DNA from: Lama guanicoe
Taxonomy: Eukaryota
DNA: 64,000 nt
Direction of reading: 5' to 3'
NCBI GenBank assembly: GCA_013239625.1
Contig: MU054187.1
Span: 1,673,964 to 1,737,963 of the forward strand
The notes beneath the pieces were generated by a model. That model was not told the DNA's origin and did no database searches. It was given only the letters and a program-made list of their open reading frames with translations. Below are positions 24,937 to 36,217 of the stretch, one piece after another. Within the stretch, counting starts at the first letter, position 1. The number at the start of each line of letters is the position of its first letter. The position numbers and the translations under genes were made by a program.

Positions 24937-25580
24937 TGATAGTTTTTGAGACATCCGTGTAAAGCCCAGGGAGGCCGCCCCGGGACCCCGCCCAGCGAGC
25001 GCCCCGGCTGTCACCGTGGAGCTAGCCAGCCGCTTCCACTTCAGCATCGCACCGGGGCCCTCCCAGGACTCACCTGCAGGAGCCCCCAGGGCTGGGACAC
25101 TTGACCCCACTACACCCCCGCTACTGGCTCCTCCCTTTCGCCTCTAATGCAGCAGTGTTGTGTCAACTGCTGGTGCACAGCACCATGTTTCAGTCACATA
25201 TATACATACATGCATTCATTTTCATGTTCTTTTTCTATATACTTTTAAAAATTCTTATTTTTGTTGAAGTGTAGTCGATTTACAGTGTTAGTTTCAGATG
25301 TACAACAGAGCGGCTCGGTTACACACACGCGTGTGTATTTTTTCAGATTCTTCTCCACTGCAGCTCGTTACAAGAAACTGAATACAGTTCCCTGTGCTCT
25401 GCAGCAGCATCTTGTTGTTGATCTGTTCTGTACACAGGGGTTAGTGTCCGCTGACCCCAAACTCCTCCCCATCCCCTTCCCCGTGGGTACCCACAGGTTG
25501 CTTTCTGTGTGCTGGCGCCACCGCCCACAGCAGGACTGGCTCGTGGTGCTCCCCGGGGCTTTCTCGTGACTGGCAGGCAG
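24937..25580 (+). pseudogene. Exon-like remnant interrupted by L1 tails
   Basis: Left part VELASRFHFS...PLMQQC; right part CWRHRPQQDWLVVLPGAF then, frameshifted, RDWQA. Confidence 0.4.
25155..25510 (-). mobile_element. Two adjacent L1 3'-end fragments
   Basis: 'tgttgtgtcaactgctggtgcacagcac...cagtcacatatatacatac' and 'ttgaagtgtagtcgatttacagtgttagtttcagatgtacaac...gaatacagttccctgtgct...cacaggttgctttctgtgt'. Confidence 0.85.
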
Positions 25581-26414
25581 ATACCTTGGCTTATTTATTG
25601 AACCAACTCCGAACAGACTTTTGTGAAGGGAGTAAACGCGTCAATGAGGGAAGGACACCCCCGGAGTCCCTGGTCATACACGAGGCTTCCGGGGTGCTGC
25701 CAGCCAGGGCCCCCACTGCTCCCCTGCTTCAGTGACACGCCCGCCCTTCATGGACTGGCCCGTGTTAGGCAGCGAGTAAAGCTCTGAGCATTTCAGTCAC
25801 GTTCACACTCTCCAAGTGACTCACTTTTTCCAAACCTACATAGCATTTTATTGGCTTTAAAGATGTTTTCACGATTTAAAATAATAATAATGTTTCCGCA
25901 GAAGAACTTTTTATTAAGAGTTTAATGATCCTGGAGGCTCATTACTTTTCTTTCTTGAAACATGGAGCCGAAGCGCCTCCATCCTAGATCGTTTTTATGA
26001 AGCTAATTTTCTCCGCCACTGAATTGAGAGAAAAACCTCTTAATTCACAGTCAGACATCACATACGTTGCATTAAGACTTAAATATGTACGTACACATTT
26101 AAAGCAGCCATTTTCTGCACCACAGAGCAATACAACATACAAGCTGGTATTTTAAAGAACCAAAATACAGAAACTGAAAGGAGTGAGTGCTGCGTATTTT
26201 CAGTTGGTCAGGACTCAGGTTTAAGACACTAAAAAAACACACTCAGCCCGAGGTGGTTGGTACAGCTCACGTCACACACCCGGTGTGAAGGCCGTGTCAC
26301 TCAACAGCGTCTGAAGCAAAGCTGACACTGTACCTTCCCTGTCACTGGTGCTGATGAGGCGTGGGGGTTACCTGGTCCACCTCACTTTCTAGCTACCGTG
26401 CACACGGTTCGAGG

Positions 26415-26740
26415 GTTCTGCTGGGGACTGTGTCCCCCGAATTCCCGGTGAAGTCCTGGCCCCCGAGGTGACTTGGGGCCTTTGGAGGTAACTTGCCCAG
26501 GGGGGTGGGGGCTCATGAATGGGATTAGTGCCCTTAAAAGGAGACAGCTGGGCAGTGGTCTCTGTCGCCCTCCAGCAGCGGGCACATGGTGAGAAGGCAG
26601 CTGCCTGCAGGCCAGCGGGGGTCCTCACCAGGACCCAGACGGACAGCGCCTTGGCCTTGGAGCTCCCGGCTTCTTAACTCTCTCTTATTCAAACCTCCCA
26701 GTCTGCGGTATTTTTGTTACATCAGCCTGAGCCAAATGAG
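26415..26740 (+). mobile_element. MLT1A-type MaLR LTR
   Basis: 'tgtgtcccccgaattc...ggggcctttggaggtaac...ctcatgaatgggattagtgcccttaaaaggaga...cccagtctgcggtatttttgttacatcagcctgagcc'. Confidence 0.8.
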
Positions 26741-27283
26741 ACAGCTTTCCAAGACCATCCCAGCAGAAGGGGGCCCGGGGAGGCCGAGGGGACCGCCCTG
26801 TCCCCGTCTGCCCAGCACCAGGCGGGCGTTGCTGGACGTCCCTCTCTGAGCCTGGGAGTCCGCAGCTGCCTCCGAGACGCCGCCGCAGGGCAGCTGGGCC
26901 GACTCTGAGGGCCGGGGAGAGGGCCGTGGGGAGCTCGCCCTGCAGGTGCCGGGTAGTCAGCGTGGCCTCAAGGGGGTGGAGGGCTCTGTTTATTCTGTTA
27001 TCTCTTAATTTTATTTTTTACTGAAGTGTGGTTGACTTGCAATGTTAGTGTTTCAGGTGTACTGTTTATTCTTGTTTGTTTTTCTCTTTCCACCTTATGG
27101 GGGAGAGTGACTGAGAAATGAAATTCCCTTTTTGGGGGCGAGAGGAAGGGAGAACAGAACAAAGTGAAGGCATGTTTTATCATCTTGATGGACCGGGAGC
27201 CACAGACACACTTCCCCCCGACCCCCAGGGCCCTGGCTCTCTGCGTCCTGCGTGAAACTGGGTTCTGACACCCCTTCTTTCAG

Positions 27284-27515
27284 GCACTAGGAGGAAAGGC
27301 ATCTGCAGAACTTATGGGTGACTTTTATTGGGAATTTACTAAATATGTGCTGTTGCTCCTCTGGAGAAAAATCCTTGGTCCTACAGAGTAGTGTTTATTT
27401 AGGACGAGAAATCCACTTTGGAATGTGGCTGCATCACAGCCCGACCCGGGCTGCTCCTCTGCGTCACATCTGCCTCGAGGACCCGGCCACCAGGCCCGTG
27501 TGTGTGGTTTGCAAG
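27284..27515 (+). pseudogene. Exon-like remnant with in-frame stop
   Basis: Branch-like ttctgac plus ccccttctttcAG acceptor; donor CAAG|gtgatg; frame 0 reads ALGGKASAELMGDFYWEFTKYVLLLLWRKILGPTE*. Confidence 0.5.
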
Positions 27516-27691
27516 GTGATGAAGGTCCCCCTGAGCCTCCTCTCCCGCCTGCCTGGCCACCTTGGGAAACACCAGCCTGGAGCCTCACTCCCACCCCAGC
27601 CCCAGAGCCTGCCCTGGAAACCCGAGCCGCCCAAGGAATTTTCTGTCCATTCCAGCAACACTGAAGAGCCCCCATGTCTGGCCTTTGTGGC

Positions 27692-27801
27692 TTTTTTTGG
27701 TGGGGAGGTAATTAGCTTTGCAACGGAGGCACTGGGGATTGAACCCAGGACCTCCGGCGTGCTGTGCACGTGCTTCTCCCACTGAGCTACACCCACGCCC
27801 C
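27692..27801 (-). mobile_element. tRNA-derived camelid SINE (Vic-1 type)
   Basis: 'gaggtaattag...ggaggcactggggattgaacccaggacctccggcgtgctgtgcacgtgcttctcccactgagctacaccc'. Confidence 0.85.
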
Positions 27802-28526
27802 GTTTCCTTATCTGTAGAAGGGTTGCCCCACCTCTGTTCGATTGTTCTAAAAATTAAAAGTCATACGCGTTAAGGCAGGTGAAACATTGCTGGGCACATA
27901 GTTTTATTGTTTCACATAGCGTGTTCCTACAATTCAGTGAGTTCTCTCTGTAATATTATGATTTTCAAACTTCTGGCTTCATAGATTAAGCCATTCATTT
28001 TATTTACTAACTCCAAAGACATAATTTGTATACAGGTAATTGTACAATGTATTGTTACCAGCCGTAAATGACTCACGTCTAATAATCACAGAATGAGTAA
28101 GTAACCCACAGGATATTTTATTAGAAAGCAAACATGTAGGAAAAGTAAATTCATGAGAATTTGTGTTTGGAAAAAAATGACAAGAAAAGGACAGAATACC
28201 TAATAACACATACATGTTGATTTCGTAGGTAGCCTTTGAGTGTTTAAAGATCAGAAGCAGTAAAGATTCCGTTTCACCCTTTCTGGTTTTGCCCTGGCAA
28301 ATTGTCATTTGAAAGGAGAAGATACAGAAATGAGACACTGCGATCCCCATAACAGCCAGGTCAGCTTTAACGTGCCTCCAGGCCCTTCCCGGAGACAGGC
28401 GGTGCTGGCTCTCAGGCTGTCTGGGGAAAACCCTCCAATGCCGTCAGCGCCCCTGGGACCCCCCTAGTCTAAGAAAACAATTCTGAGACACTGTTTCCTT
28501 AAATGAAAGCGCTCTTTGTGTTTCAG

Positions 28527-28665
28527 CCTTTGAAGGTGGCCCGAGCACCTATGTTGCGCCACCACAGCTGCAGTCAGAGTCCCTGCTAAGAGCCTTCCAG
28601 GGAGGAGCAAAGCTTGTGGAAGCCTGGAGGAGTCCAGAGGCCTGGAGAAGATGGTTCACATCAAA
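28527..28665 (+). pseudogene. Exon-like remnant
   Basis: Acceptor ctctttgtgtttcAG; reads FEGGPSTYVAPPQLQSESLLRAFQGGAKLVEAWRSPEAWRRW; a SINE follows immediately. Confidence 0.45.
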
Positions 28666-28671
28666 CAGCAC

Positions 28672-28765
28672 AGGGGGGAGGTGGGCATAGCTCAGTGATA
28701 GAGCACATGCTTAACGTGCACGGGGTCCTGGGTTCAAGCCCCAGCACCTCCGTTAAAAAAAAAAA
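28672..28765 (+). mobile_element. tRNA-derived camelid SINE (Vic-1 type)
   Basis: gggcatagctcagtgatagagcacatgcttaacgtgcacggggtcctgggttcaagccccagcacctcc followed by an A run. Confidence 0.85.
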
Positions 28766-29829
28766 GGCACTACAGTGTTAAATAAAAAGGAGGAGATTGT
28801 TGGTGAAAAATATTTTAGGTTTCCTTCTAGGGGCATGTACTGGGACATGGTGGGTGAGATATTTTAGAGTGTTTATTTCTTTCTCGAATGATTTAGACTC
28901 AGCTTATCAGCAAGGTATTTTTAAAACTGTGGGCAAAGCAAAGAAAGCCAGGGGTGTGGTTAACACGGATGCCTTTTAAAAACTGCATGTTGTGATGGTT
29001 ACATGTTAGAGATTCAATAATTTTAACATCTAATAATCCCCTACGTTAAAATATTTTAAAAGTATAATCATATCCAAGCTAGTGTTGAGCACCTTTACAT
29101 ACTGTAAACTTTAAAAATTAACTTGTAAGCTGATTTATTGACCACAAAAATAGTGTTCGGCTTACCACTCATCACCATGGTGCTTAACCTTTGTGTTGTA
29201 AGCGTGTGAGCAAGATGTTAGTGCGTGTATATTTTTTTCCTTCTAACAGATCAGATTTGGTATAATAATACTGATAGCCCTGATTTGTATACTTAAAAAA
29301 TTATATTTGGAAAGATACACTACATTCCTTAGAAAGGCCTCTCCGATATTTTCTTTCCGTTGGCAAATTAAAAGGGAAAAGAAAAGCACTGTGACAGCCG
29401 AGAGGTCTGAAAGAATCCCCTTTACTAAAAACCGGTTTACGGCCTGAGTTGAAACAATGAGATGAGAGGACGTCTGGCAGACACATAGGACTTGTTTATG
29501 TTTTGGTTGCAGTTTAATAATTTGCTGATTGCATTATAATCACACGCATACATTTGCTTAACTAAATTAATGCCCTTAAATCACAAGTTGATTTTCACTA
29601 ACACATAGCCCGTCCCTTCTCCGTCCGCGCTCCGAGAAGGGCCACTGTCGGTAAGCACGGTCTGGGTCACTTCTTCCCGGCGAGCTCCCCAGCCGCATCC
29701 TGCTTCTAGACTACAGAAGGCATTATCTTTCATACATATGTGGAATAATGAATAATGCTTCATAGAATAATGTAGAATAAATAAGGACATGCCTCATCTA
29801 GCAAAGACCTGCAGTATCCTTGTGTGACT

Positions 29830-30000
29830 AAAAGCCACCGTTACTGAGGCAGAGAATTGCCCTGTTGGTCACACGCTGGGCACCTGTCTCCCTGGCGCCG
29901 AGGCTGCCGGCTTCCAAGGGCCAGCAGCTGGACCAGCGGTGGCAGGATGAGACCCGGGACCCTGCCCCAGACCCAGATCTGCAAAGCCTGTGGAAAGTTT
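29830..30000 (+). pseudogene. Exon-like remnant with frameshifts
   Basis: Three frames join as TLGTCL / WRRGCRLPR / QQLDQRWQ; splice sites not clearly retained. Confidence 0.3.
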
Positions 30001-30344
30001 GTGACACGTCTTTACCCGCCTGAGTCAAGCATTCACCCATTTTTAGTAGAAAATATTATACAAACACAAAAATGAGGCACAGCCCACTGCCCAGAAAAAT
30101 GTCTGTGCCGTTTAAAAATAAAATGAAAGGAATACACCTGCAGTAGAAAATGCAAACAGTATGGAGGGGTTTGTGGTGAAAACAATTACTTTCTGCTTAT
30201 TTCTACTTCGTTCTCTTTCTATAAAGGCCGCAGGGTCATGAAGGCCTTCCCGGAGAGTTTCCTCTGATAGAAAAACACTGTTGTACGTCACATCTGAGAT
30301 GAGATGTTCATGAATGGACCTGTTCTACTGGAATTTGAGCACTT

Positions 30345-30450
30345 ACTCCTCACAGCTTCAGGCAGCACCGTCTCACTTTTACAGATGAGGAAATTGAGAT
30401 TAGACTGATGAATTTACCGTAAGTTATACAGCCAGGAAGTGGTGCGACCT
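30345..30450. mobile_element. MIR SINE fragment
   Basis: 'cacttttacagatgaggaaattgag...aagttatacagccaggaagtgg' is the MIR core. Confidence 0.75.
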
Positions 30451-30566
30451 GTTCCGTGCCCCAGCCCCTCGCTCCCAAAGGTATTTTTCCCACTGGATCA
30501 GTTGGGGACAGTCAGAAAGTGGAAACCACACCAGTTACTTCAATGGAGAGAATTTTGGTAACAACT

Positions 30567-30593
30567 GTTAACTAGTACTAGTTAACTAGTACT
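30567..30593. repeat. 14-bp-period tandem duplication forming two overlapping 20-bp palindromes
   Basis: gttaactagtactagttaac (30567-30586) and agtactagttaactagtact (30574-30593) are each self-complementary. Confidence 0.95.
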
Positions 30594-31365
30594 GAAGGAC
30601 TGGAAACTCAGAAAGGTGGACACTTCTTTCTGTCTGCTGGACTACGCAGGTGATGGCTGGAGCCTTGGGCACCATATTGGACCTTTAGGTAATCTTAAAG
30701 ATAAAAGCCACAAGACTCAGAACTTGAAGATTAAAGAGCAGCAGGATAGAAAGTTTCAGGAAGTCAAATGACTGTGGAGTTTATGTGTTTAAATCCAATA
30801 GAAAGAGAAATTCTGGATCTAGTAGTATAAATTTAAATTATGTGACTCCAAATCTAATTTTACAAAGCAGGCTCCCTCCAATGTACAGAGCCCCAATCAC
30901 CAAGATTTATAACAAGAAAAAATAACAATAAAGTGTAAATTACACACGAAAAATAAACATATTCATCCTGGTTAAGTCACTGTCCTCTGGGGCTTCCTTT
31001 ATGAGTGACCAAGCGTAACCCTAACTATTCGTGGGGAGAGGACTCCAGGAACCTTTAGTAACCGCCTCAGGTCACGCAGCTTGCTAGAGCCAGAGCCAGA
31101 GTTCAGATCTAAGATACAGTCTTCCTCTGTGCTTCATAACGTGTTATGTGAGACTGAACAACACCACATAACAAGTTTATACCAGTTCCTATCAGTTCAG
31201 TGATCCTGTTGACTCTCCACGCCTCCGCCAGCATCGTTTATGAAACTTAAACGAAGCAGCAAAATAAGAGATCAGAGGTTAGGATCAAAGCAGGGCAGGA
31301 CTTTTTTCTTTAAAGTTGAAAAACCTATCACCCAGATCATCGATTGTTCTAAGTTCTTTAACTAG

Positions 31366-31672
31366 GGCGGCTGTCGCAGCTCGGCAGCGAGCCTCCCTGG
31401 AGCAGGCTTTCAGTGCCTGGGCTCCGGGCAGAGCAGGGCTGCGGGGGGCTGCGGGGGATCTGAGCGGTCCGGACGCTGCTGCTGGCGGGTCTGGGGCCGT
31501 CGGGGGAGCTCGGCGGCGGCGCGGTCCGGGCGGGCGGGACGGGGCCCTGGGTGCTGTCCTGGCGCAGGGGCAGCTGCGGCGTGAGGAGCGGGGGCGCCAC
31601 GGCACAGACTCAGAAAGGAAACCGGACGAGAGGCGGGAGCCCTGGTCAGCCTTTCTCTCTGAATTCACCTGA
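31366..31672 (+). pseudogene. Exon-like remnant coinciding with a CpG peak
   Basis: Acceptor aagttctttaactAG; AAVAARQRASLEQAFSAW...ALGAVLAQGQLRREER. Confidence 0.5.
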
Positions 31673-32214
31673 TGCCCCACGTCCTTCGGAGCTTCAGGCA
31701 GGATAGATTCTTTTTACTGATTAGCCTGTATTTTGTATTTTAAATAGTAGGGTCTAAATATGTAATTTGAAAAGACCGCGTTAGAATACGCAAATCTAAC
31801 CCAAAATGACAAGAAATTTGATTTCAACCTTCTTAGATTCACTGTCACCATGTTCACTCACGGTCTCGCTTGTAAGCCATCCTAGCTGTGTGAGGATGTC
31901 TTCGTAAATGAATATAGCAGATTAGTGTCATTAGCATAATTGTAACATAATAAATTAAACTTTGTATTTTGTTTAACACTTAAAACATGTATTGGTGAGT
32001 TAGGTACTGATTAAAAATTATGGCACCAAGTCCTTGATTTAATTAGTAATCTTTGACTTGAAAGGTGCAGTTGCTAGGTAATAAAAATGCTAAATTGAGG
32101 TCATTTAGTCATTTCAAAGAAAAGGACCCTTTCTTTGGTCCCATGAAGTCTCTAAAAGGAATGCTGTTGAGAAAAGACAAATTGGGTGAGAAATTGTATA
32201 TACTGATGTTTCAG

Positions 32215-32449
32215 TTCTTAGTCTGGCCATTCCAGCGCAGTGCGGAGGTGCAGTGGCACTCGGGCTGCTGGTGGAGGCATTTGAAATGATGCAAAGGGAA
32301 GTTGGCAAGAGGAACATCGTGGGAAGCCCAGGAGGACGGATGCGGCTGGAAGGATGTACCGGGACCAGCAGTCTTGGGACTTAGTCAGCATCGGACCTCC
32401 ACTCGGCCCTGGGCCAGGGGACGATTGCCTCTGGCTTGGTGACCGAAAG
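32215..32449 (+). pseudogene. Exon-like remnant
   Basis: Acceptor tactgatgtttcAG; donor GAAAG|gtaggc; stops in all frames; LLVEAFEMMQREV segment. Confidence 0.5.
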
Positions 32450-32935
32450 GTAGGCTGGGGCACTTCTGAGAATGAAAGAAGTTTCTAAGTTTAAAAGAAC
32501 TGAACACCCATCAGTTTTATTATAGTGGTAGACCTGTAAAATAATTACATTAAAAATAAATTTCAAATATAAATTTTCTTTAAAGAATAGCGTATATTAA
32601 AGAAAACATTTAAGCTACTTTATATCGATTATCTGATCATTAAAATAAACATAAGAAGGATCATTATTCTTGGTACATATTCAAACATTTAAATTTTTAG
32701 ACATACTTTTTTTGATACGATGGCACTGGCTTTTTTTCAAAAATATTTTATAATCTTATTATTATGTTAAGTTTTTTAAAATGAAATTGCCTGCGGCTGT
32801 TTTCCAAGCTGCATTCAGAATGAGCAAAGTGGAAGCTGTTGGTGGTTTCCACTGACTTCTCTCCATGGACCATAATTATGGACCAGAATTTTTTTTTTTT
32901 CGCTTAAAACAACATTTATTTTCTCGCGGTTTCAG

Positions 32936-33195
32936 GTGTCGGCCACTCAGAAACAGCTCAGCTGGGCACTTCTGGTTCACAGTGTCTCCAGAAGTTGCCG
33001 TCCAATACTCTTAACAGGAAATTCTCCCCAGATGTCGAAGAACTTAGCCAATCGCAGAGGAAATTCTGGATCTGGTCGCGGTGCAGGGGTGGCTCACAGC
33101 CTGTCTGCACCAGCTGCAGCGTGGTTCCCGTCCAAAGAGAGGCTGCAGCTGTCCAAATGCACGAGCATTTGCGAACGTCGCATTTTGTTTAATCT
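32936..33195 (+). pseudogene. Exon-like remnant
   Basis: Acceptor atttattttctcgcggtttcAG|G; donor CT|gtaagt; segments QLSWALLV, WLTACLHQLQR, ERRILFNL in different frames. Confidence 0.5.
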
Positions 33196-33630
33196 GTAAG
33201 TGCGTGTGTCCTGGAGAGGGAGGTGTAAGTAAAACCACTTCTGGAAAGAGCCGGGAGAAGACACAGGCTACCGCAGAACTGCCCGCACAGCAGCCTCTGC
33301 CCACCGCACGGGTGCCCCCCGCCCCGGTGCAGGCAGGGCGTGCAGCCGTAGACGCACCCCAGCTCACTCTAACGCACCTATTAGACCACTTCGTTAAAAG
33401 ATTAAAAAAATCCAGGAAAAATGCCAAGCCAGAAGCTTCCATAAGGACCATAAGGACACTGGGCGTGATTTAGGACTGCTCTGGGGGCACCAGCACAGAT
33501 GGCCACGGCCCTTGTGTCCATCATCGCTGTCCCGGAGAAATCTAACAGCAGTCAGAGAAGTCATTGTAAATAGTAACGGTGAAAAAATGGAAAGAGGTGA
33601 AATGAATTTTGATAGTATCTTTTTAACCAG

Positions 33631-33812
33631 GAGCTTCAAAATATTAGTTTCAAAGGTAATCACCGTGAAGTCGCTGATGAGAGAGTCCACGCGCTTCTCT
33701 GCTGCGCTGTCTGTGCAGTCCCGTGTGTTTACCGTCAGGGCATCTTCCTCTGTGGCCAGCCGCATTTCAAGGCTCCGTGACCGCCCGTGCTGAGTGGTCG
33801 CTGTACAGGACA
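33631..33812 (+). pseudogene. Exon-like remnant (alternative early donor at 33655)
   Basis: Acceptor tatctttttaaccAG|G; donors AAAG|gtaatc (33655) or GACA|gtatgc (33812); ELQNISFKGNHREVADERVHALL and LWPAAFQG. Confidence 0.4.
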
Positions 33813-34727
33813 GTATGCTATTGAAGACAAGCCTGTGGTTACAGATGTGCAGGGACACGGCTGAAACTGTCCGCTGGTGAGTGGCAGCATGGGTGGGGCC
33901 CGGTGCCCCTGCCGCCCCCACTTTTCTCTGTGGAGGCAGCTTCCTCCTCAGCCTTGAGGCTGCACGTGGCCCCTGAGGTGATCCCCGCCCCCAGGCACTG
34001 CCCAGGATGGTGAGGGGGCACTTCCTCTTCTCCTGCCATCCTGGGTCCACGGCCCTGGCAAGCAGCCGCCCCGCGGCCACCTTCAGCCCTAAGGCCGCAG
34101 ACGGGTGTCTGGCCTCGCCCCGGGAGAACAGACGCAGGAAGAGGAGGGCGAGGCTGTCCGCAGGTGCAGGCAACTTGGGAGAGGAATTCTGAGTCCCTCA
34201 CGTCCGGAGTGAGGGGAGGGGACACCGCAGGAGGGCCTGGGTCTAAGGATGAACTGCGTTTCATTTTTGTCTCCTTCGTAAATAACCTGCTAAGAACTCA
34301 GCCTCATCTGGAAACACAGAATTTCTGCAGACCGTTCCGGAAATGACCTGAGACGTGTTAGCTGTGATGGGTTCAATTCTACCCTTGTGTGACAGCGCCC
34401 TTCTCTTCCAGCGTGAGCCCTGCGCTTGGGCAGCCCTGGGCCCAACCCGCCTGCTTCAGGGTGAGCGACTCGGTTTCCTCCCCGCTGGTGCCCTCGTGGG
34501 GCTCGGTCGCTCCAGTTCAGACTGTCCCCAGCCGTGCCCAGCGAGGGTGCCAGGCCTGGTCAGGGCGCTGCCGTCCCTGACCCCGCCCCCGGTCATTTCC
34601 TACACACCTGGCTGAAACCCAGAGCCTCCAGGTGCGTCCCAGCACACCTGTTAGGGAGGGAGGGTGGGTTGAACAAGCTGAGATTTAGGTTTGAGACTGC
34701 GCACCCCTAGATTTTGTTGTCTTTCAG

Positions 34728-34935
34728 TTTGTCAAAGATCAGAACTTTTTCATGGTGTATCAAAGCCAATTTGCTGAAGTACTTACATATTTTACTTGCA
34801 TCGTAACTTCTGTGAGGAGGAATGAGGATTTTTAAATGCTTGTAGCTCATAAGAAAACGCACTGTCCATGTTAACAGTTAACAGCCTACTCGAAGCAAAA
34901 TCTTTGAGGTTTTCATAGTTCATTGTGACAAGGCA
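34728..34935 (+). pseudogene. Exon-like remnant
   Basis: Acceptor attttgttgtctttcAG; fragments NLLKYLHILL and SLLEAKSLRFS*F; 3' boundary uncertain. Confidence 0.35.
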
Positions 34936-35629
34936 GTTAATGGAAATCAGCCTCCTGTCAAAAAGACTGTTTATAACTTTAACCAAATACAACTTTCTAC
35001 AACCAATGTGCTTAAAATGTAGTTTCTTGTAACAATCAGAATCTTAAGGTTACAGATCCCTGAAATGACTAAGGTGAACCTTTTATTTTTATTGATAAGT
35101 TTTTGTCCTTTTAATAAACTGACAGGTGGGAAGAGATACACAGACATACAAAAGCCTGTTTTTTTTAATATAATACTGGGCAAATATTCAACAGTCTTCT
35201 TTCTTTTCTTTCTAAACAAAAAACTGTCGGTCCACCCACCTCTTTGTGTTGCTAAAGCACACTTTTCAGGGTTTTCTCACTTGGTGAGAAACTTGTGATT
35301 CTCAGTTTCAACTATGATTTAAATCAAGGTTGAGTCAGAGAACTTGGGACCCATAATCATTCTCGCCATCACCTGCTTCTATCCCCTTGATCATTCTGAT
35401 GTATTTTTTTTAAAGATAATTGTTTTTCTGACATTTCCATATCATTTTTGTGTGGGTAAGTGACAGAGAAGCACTCTATGTATTATATGTGTACATATAC
35501 GAATATACATTATGACCGTGACTCCTTTAATATCTTTCCCTTTTTACATTGTGCCACTGAAAGTTTTTTATTTAGCTGGATTGACTCCAACATCCGAAAG
35601 TGCCGATGCCGCCAGGAAGCAGGCGATCT

Positions 35630-35955
35630 CACAGCAAGGCTGAAGCTGGGCGTATGCAGAAGCTGCAGTGACCCGTCCTGGCCAGGAGAGGGGGGTGTGT
35701 GGCCACTTGTGGTTGAGCCGCGGCTGTTCCAACAGGTCACGGGACCGTGGACCCGCCTTGTCTGGACGGGTCACAGCCTCAGAAAGGCTTGTCTAGGTCG
35801 GTGTCCAGTGACGGGGGTGACTGAAAGGAGGACGCCCGGCCGTCTGTGCGGGCCAGGCCCACTCCGACGTCAGGGGGTCCTCCGAGGAGCTGGGAAGCCC
35901 CTCCGGGGCTCGAGCACTGGGCACCATCGTGGCCTGTGGTCACAAAGACCCCCTG
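35630..35955. mobile_element. Old ERVL-type LTR fragment (MER73/MER74-like)
   Basis: 'ggtcggtgtccagtgacgggggtgactgaaaggaggac' resembles that family as I recall it. Confidence 0.4.
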
Positions 35956-36019
35956 GGATGCTGGGTGCACAATTTATTTTACAACGGAGAACTTTTATAT
36001 ATTTAATGAAAGTCTTTAT

Positions 36020-36217
36020 AAATTGGGAGTTTGGGATTAGCAGATACAAACTACTATATATAAAATAGATAAACAAGGTCCTACTGTACAGCACAGGCAA
36101 CTGTATTCAATGCCTTGTAATAAACCAGAATGGAACAAAAATCTTCGTAAAATTACATCACTGTGCCGTACACCAGACACTAGCACAACACTGTAAATCA
36201 ACAGCACTCCAATTTAA
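36020..36217 (+). mobile_element. L1 3' end (artiodactyl type)
   Basis: 'gagtttgggattagcagatacaaactactatatataaaatagataaacaaggtcctactgtacagcacagg...ctgtaaatcaac'. Confidence 0.9.

Noticed and set aside
7188..28765. Six tRNA-like sequences with A/B boxes as tRNA genes
   Set aside because: They have A-rich or simple-repeat tails, several have TSDs, and they diverge from one another; they are tRNA-derived SINEs.
30575..30592. Match to the symmetric bacterial trp operator as a regulatory site or contamination
   Set aside because: Fully explained by a 14-bp tandem duplication, with mammalian repeats on both sides and no bacterial or vector sequence nearby.
33394..34173. Longest ORF (259 aa, minus strand) as a gene
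   Set aside because: Non-ATG start, no family I recognise, and the splice signals here favour the + strand.
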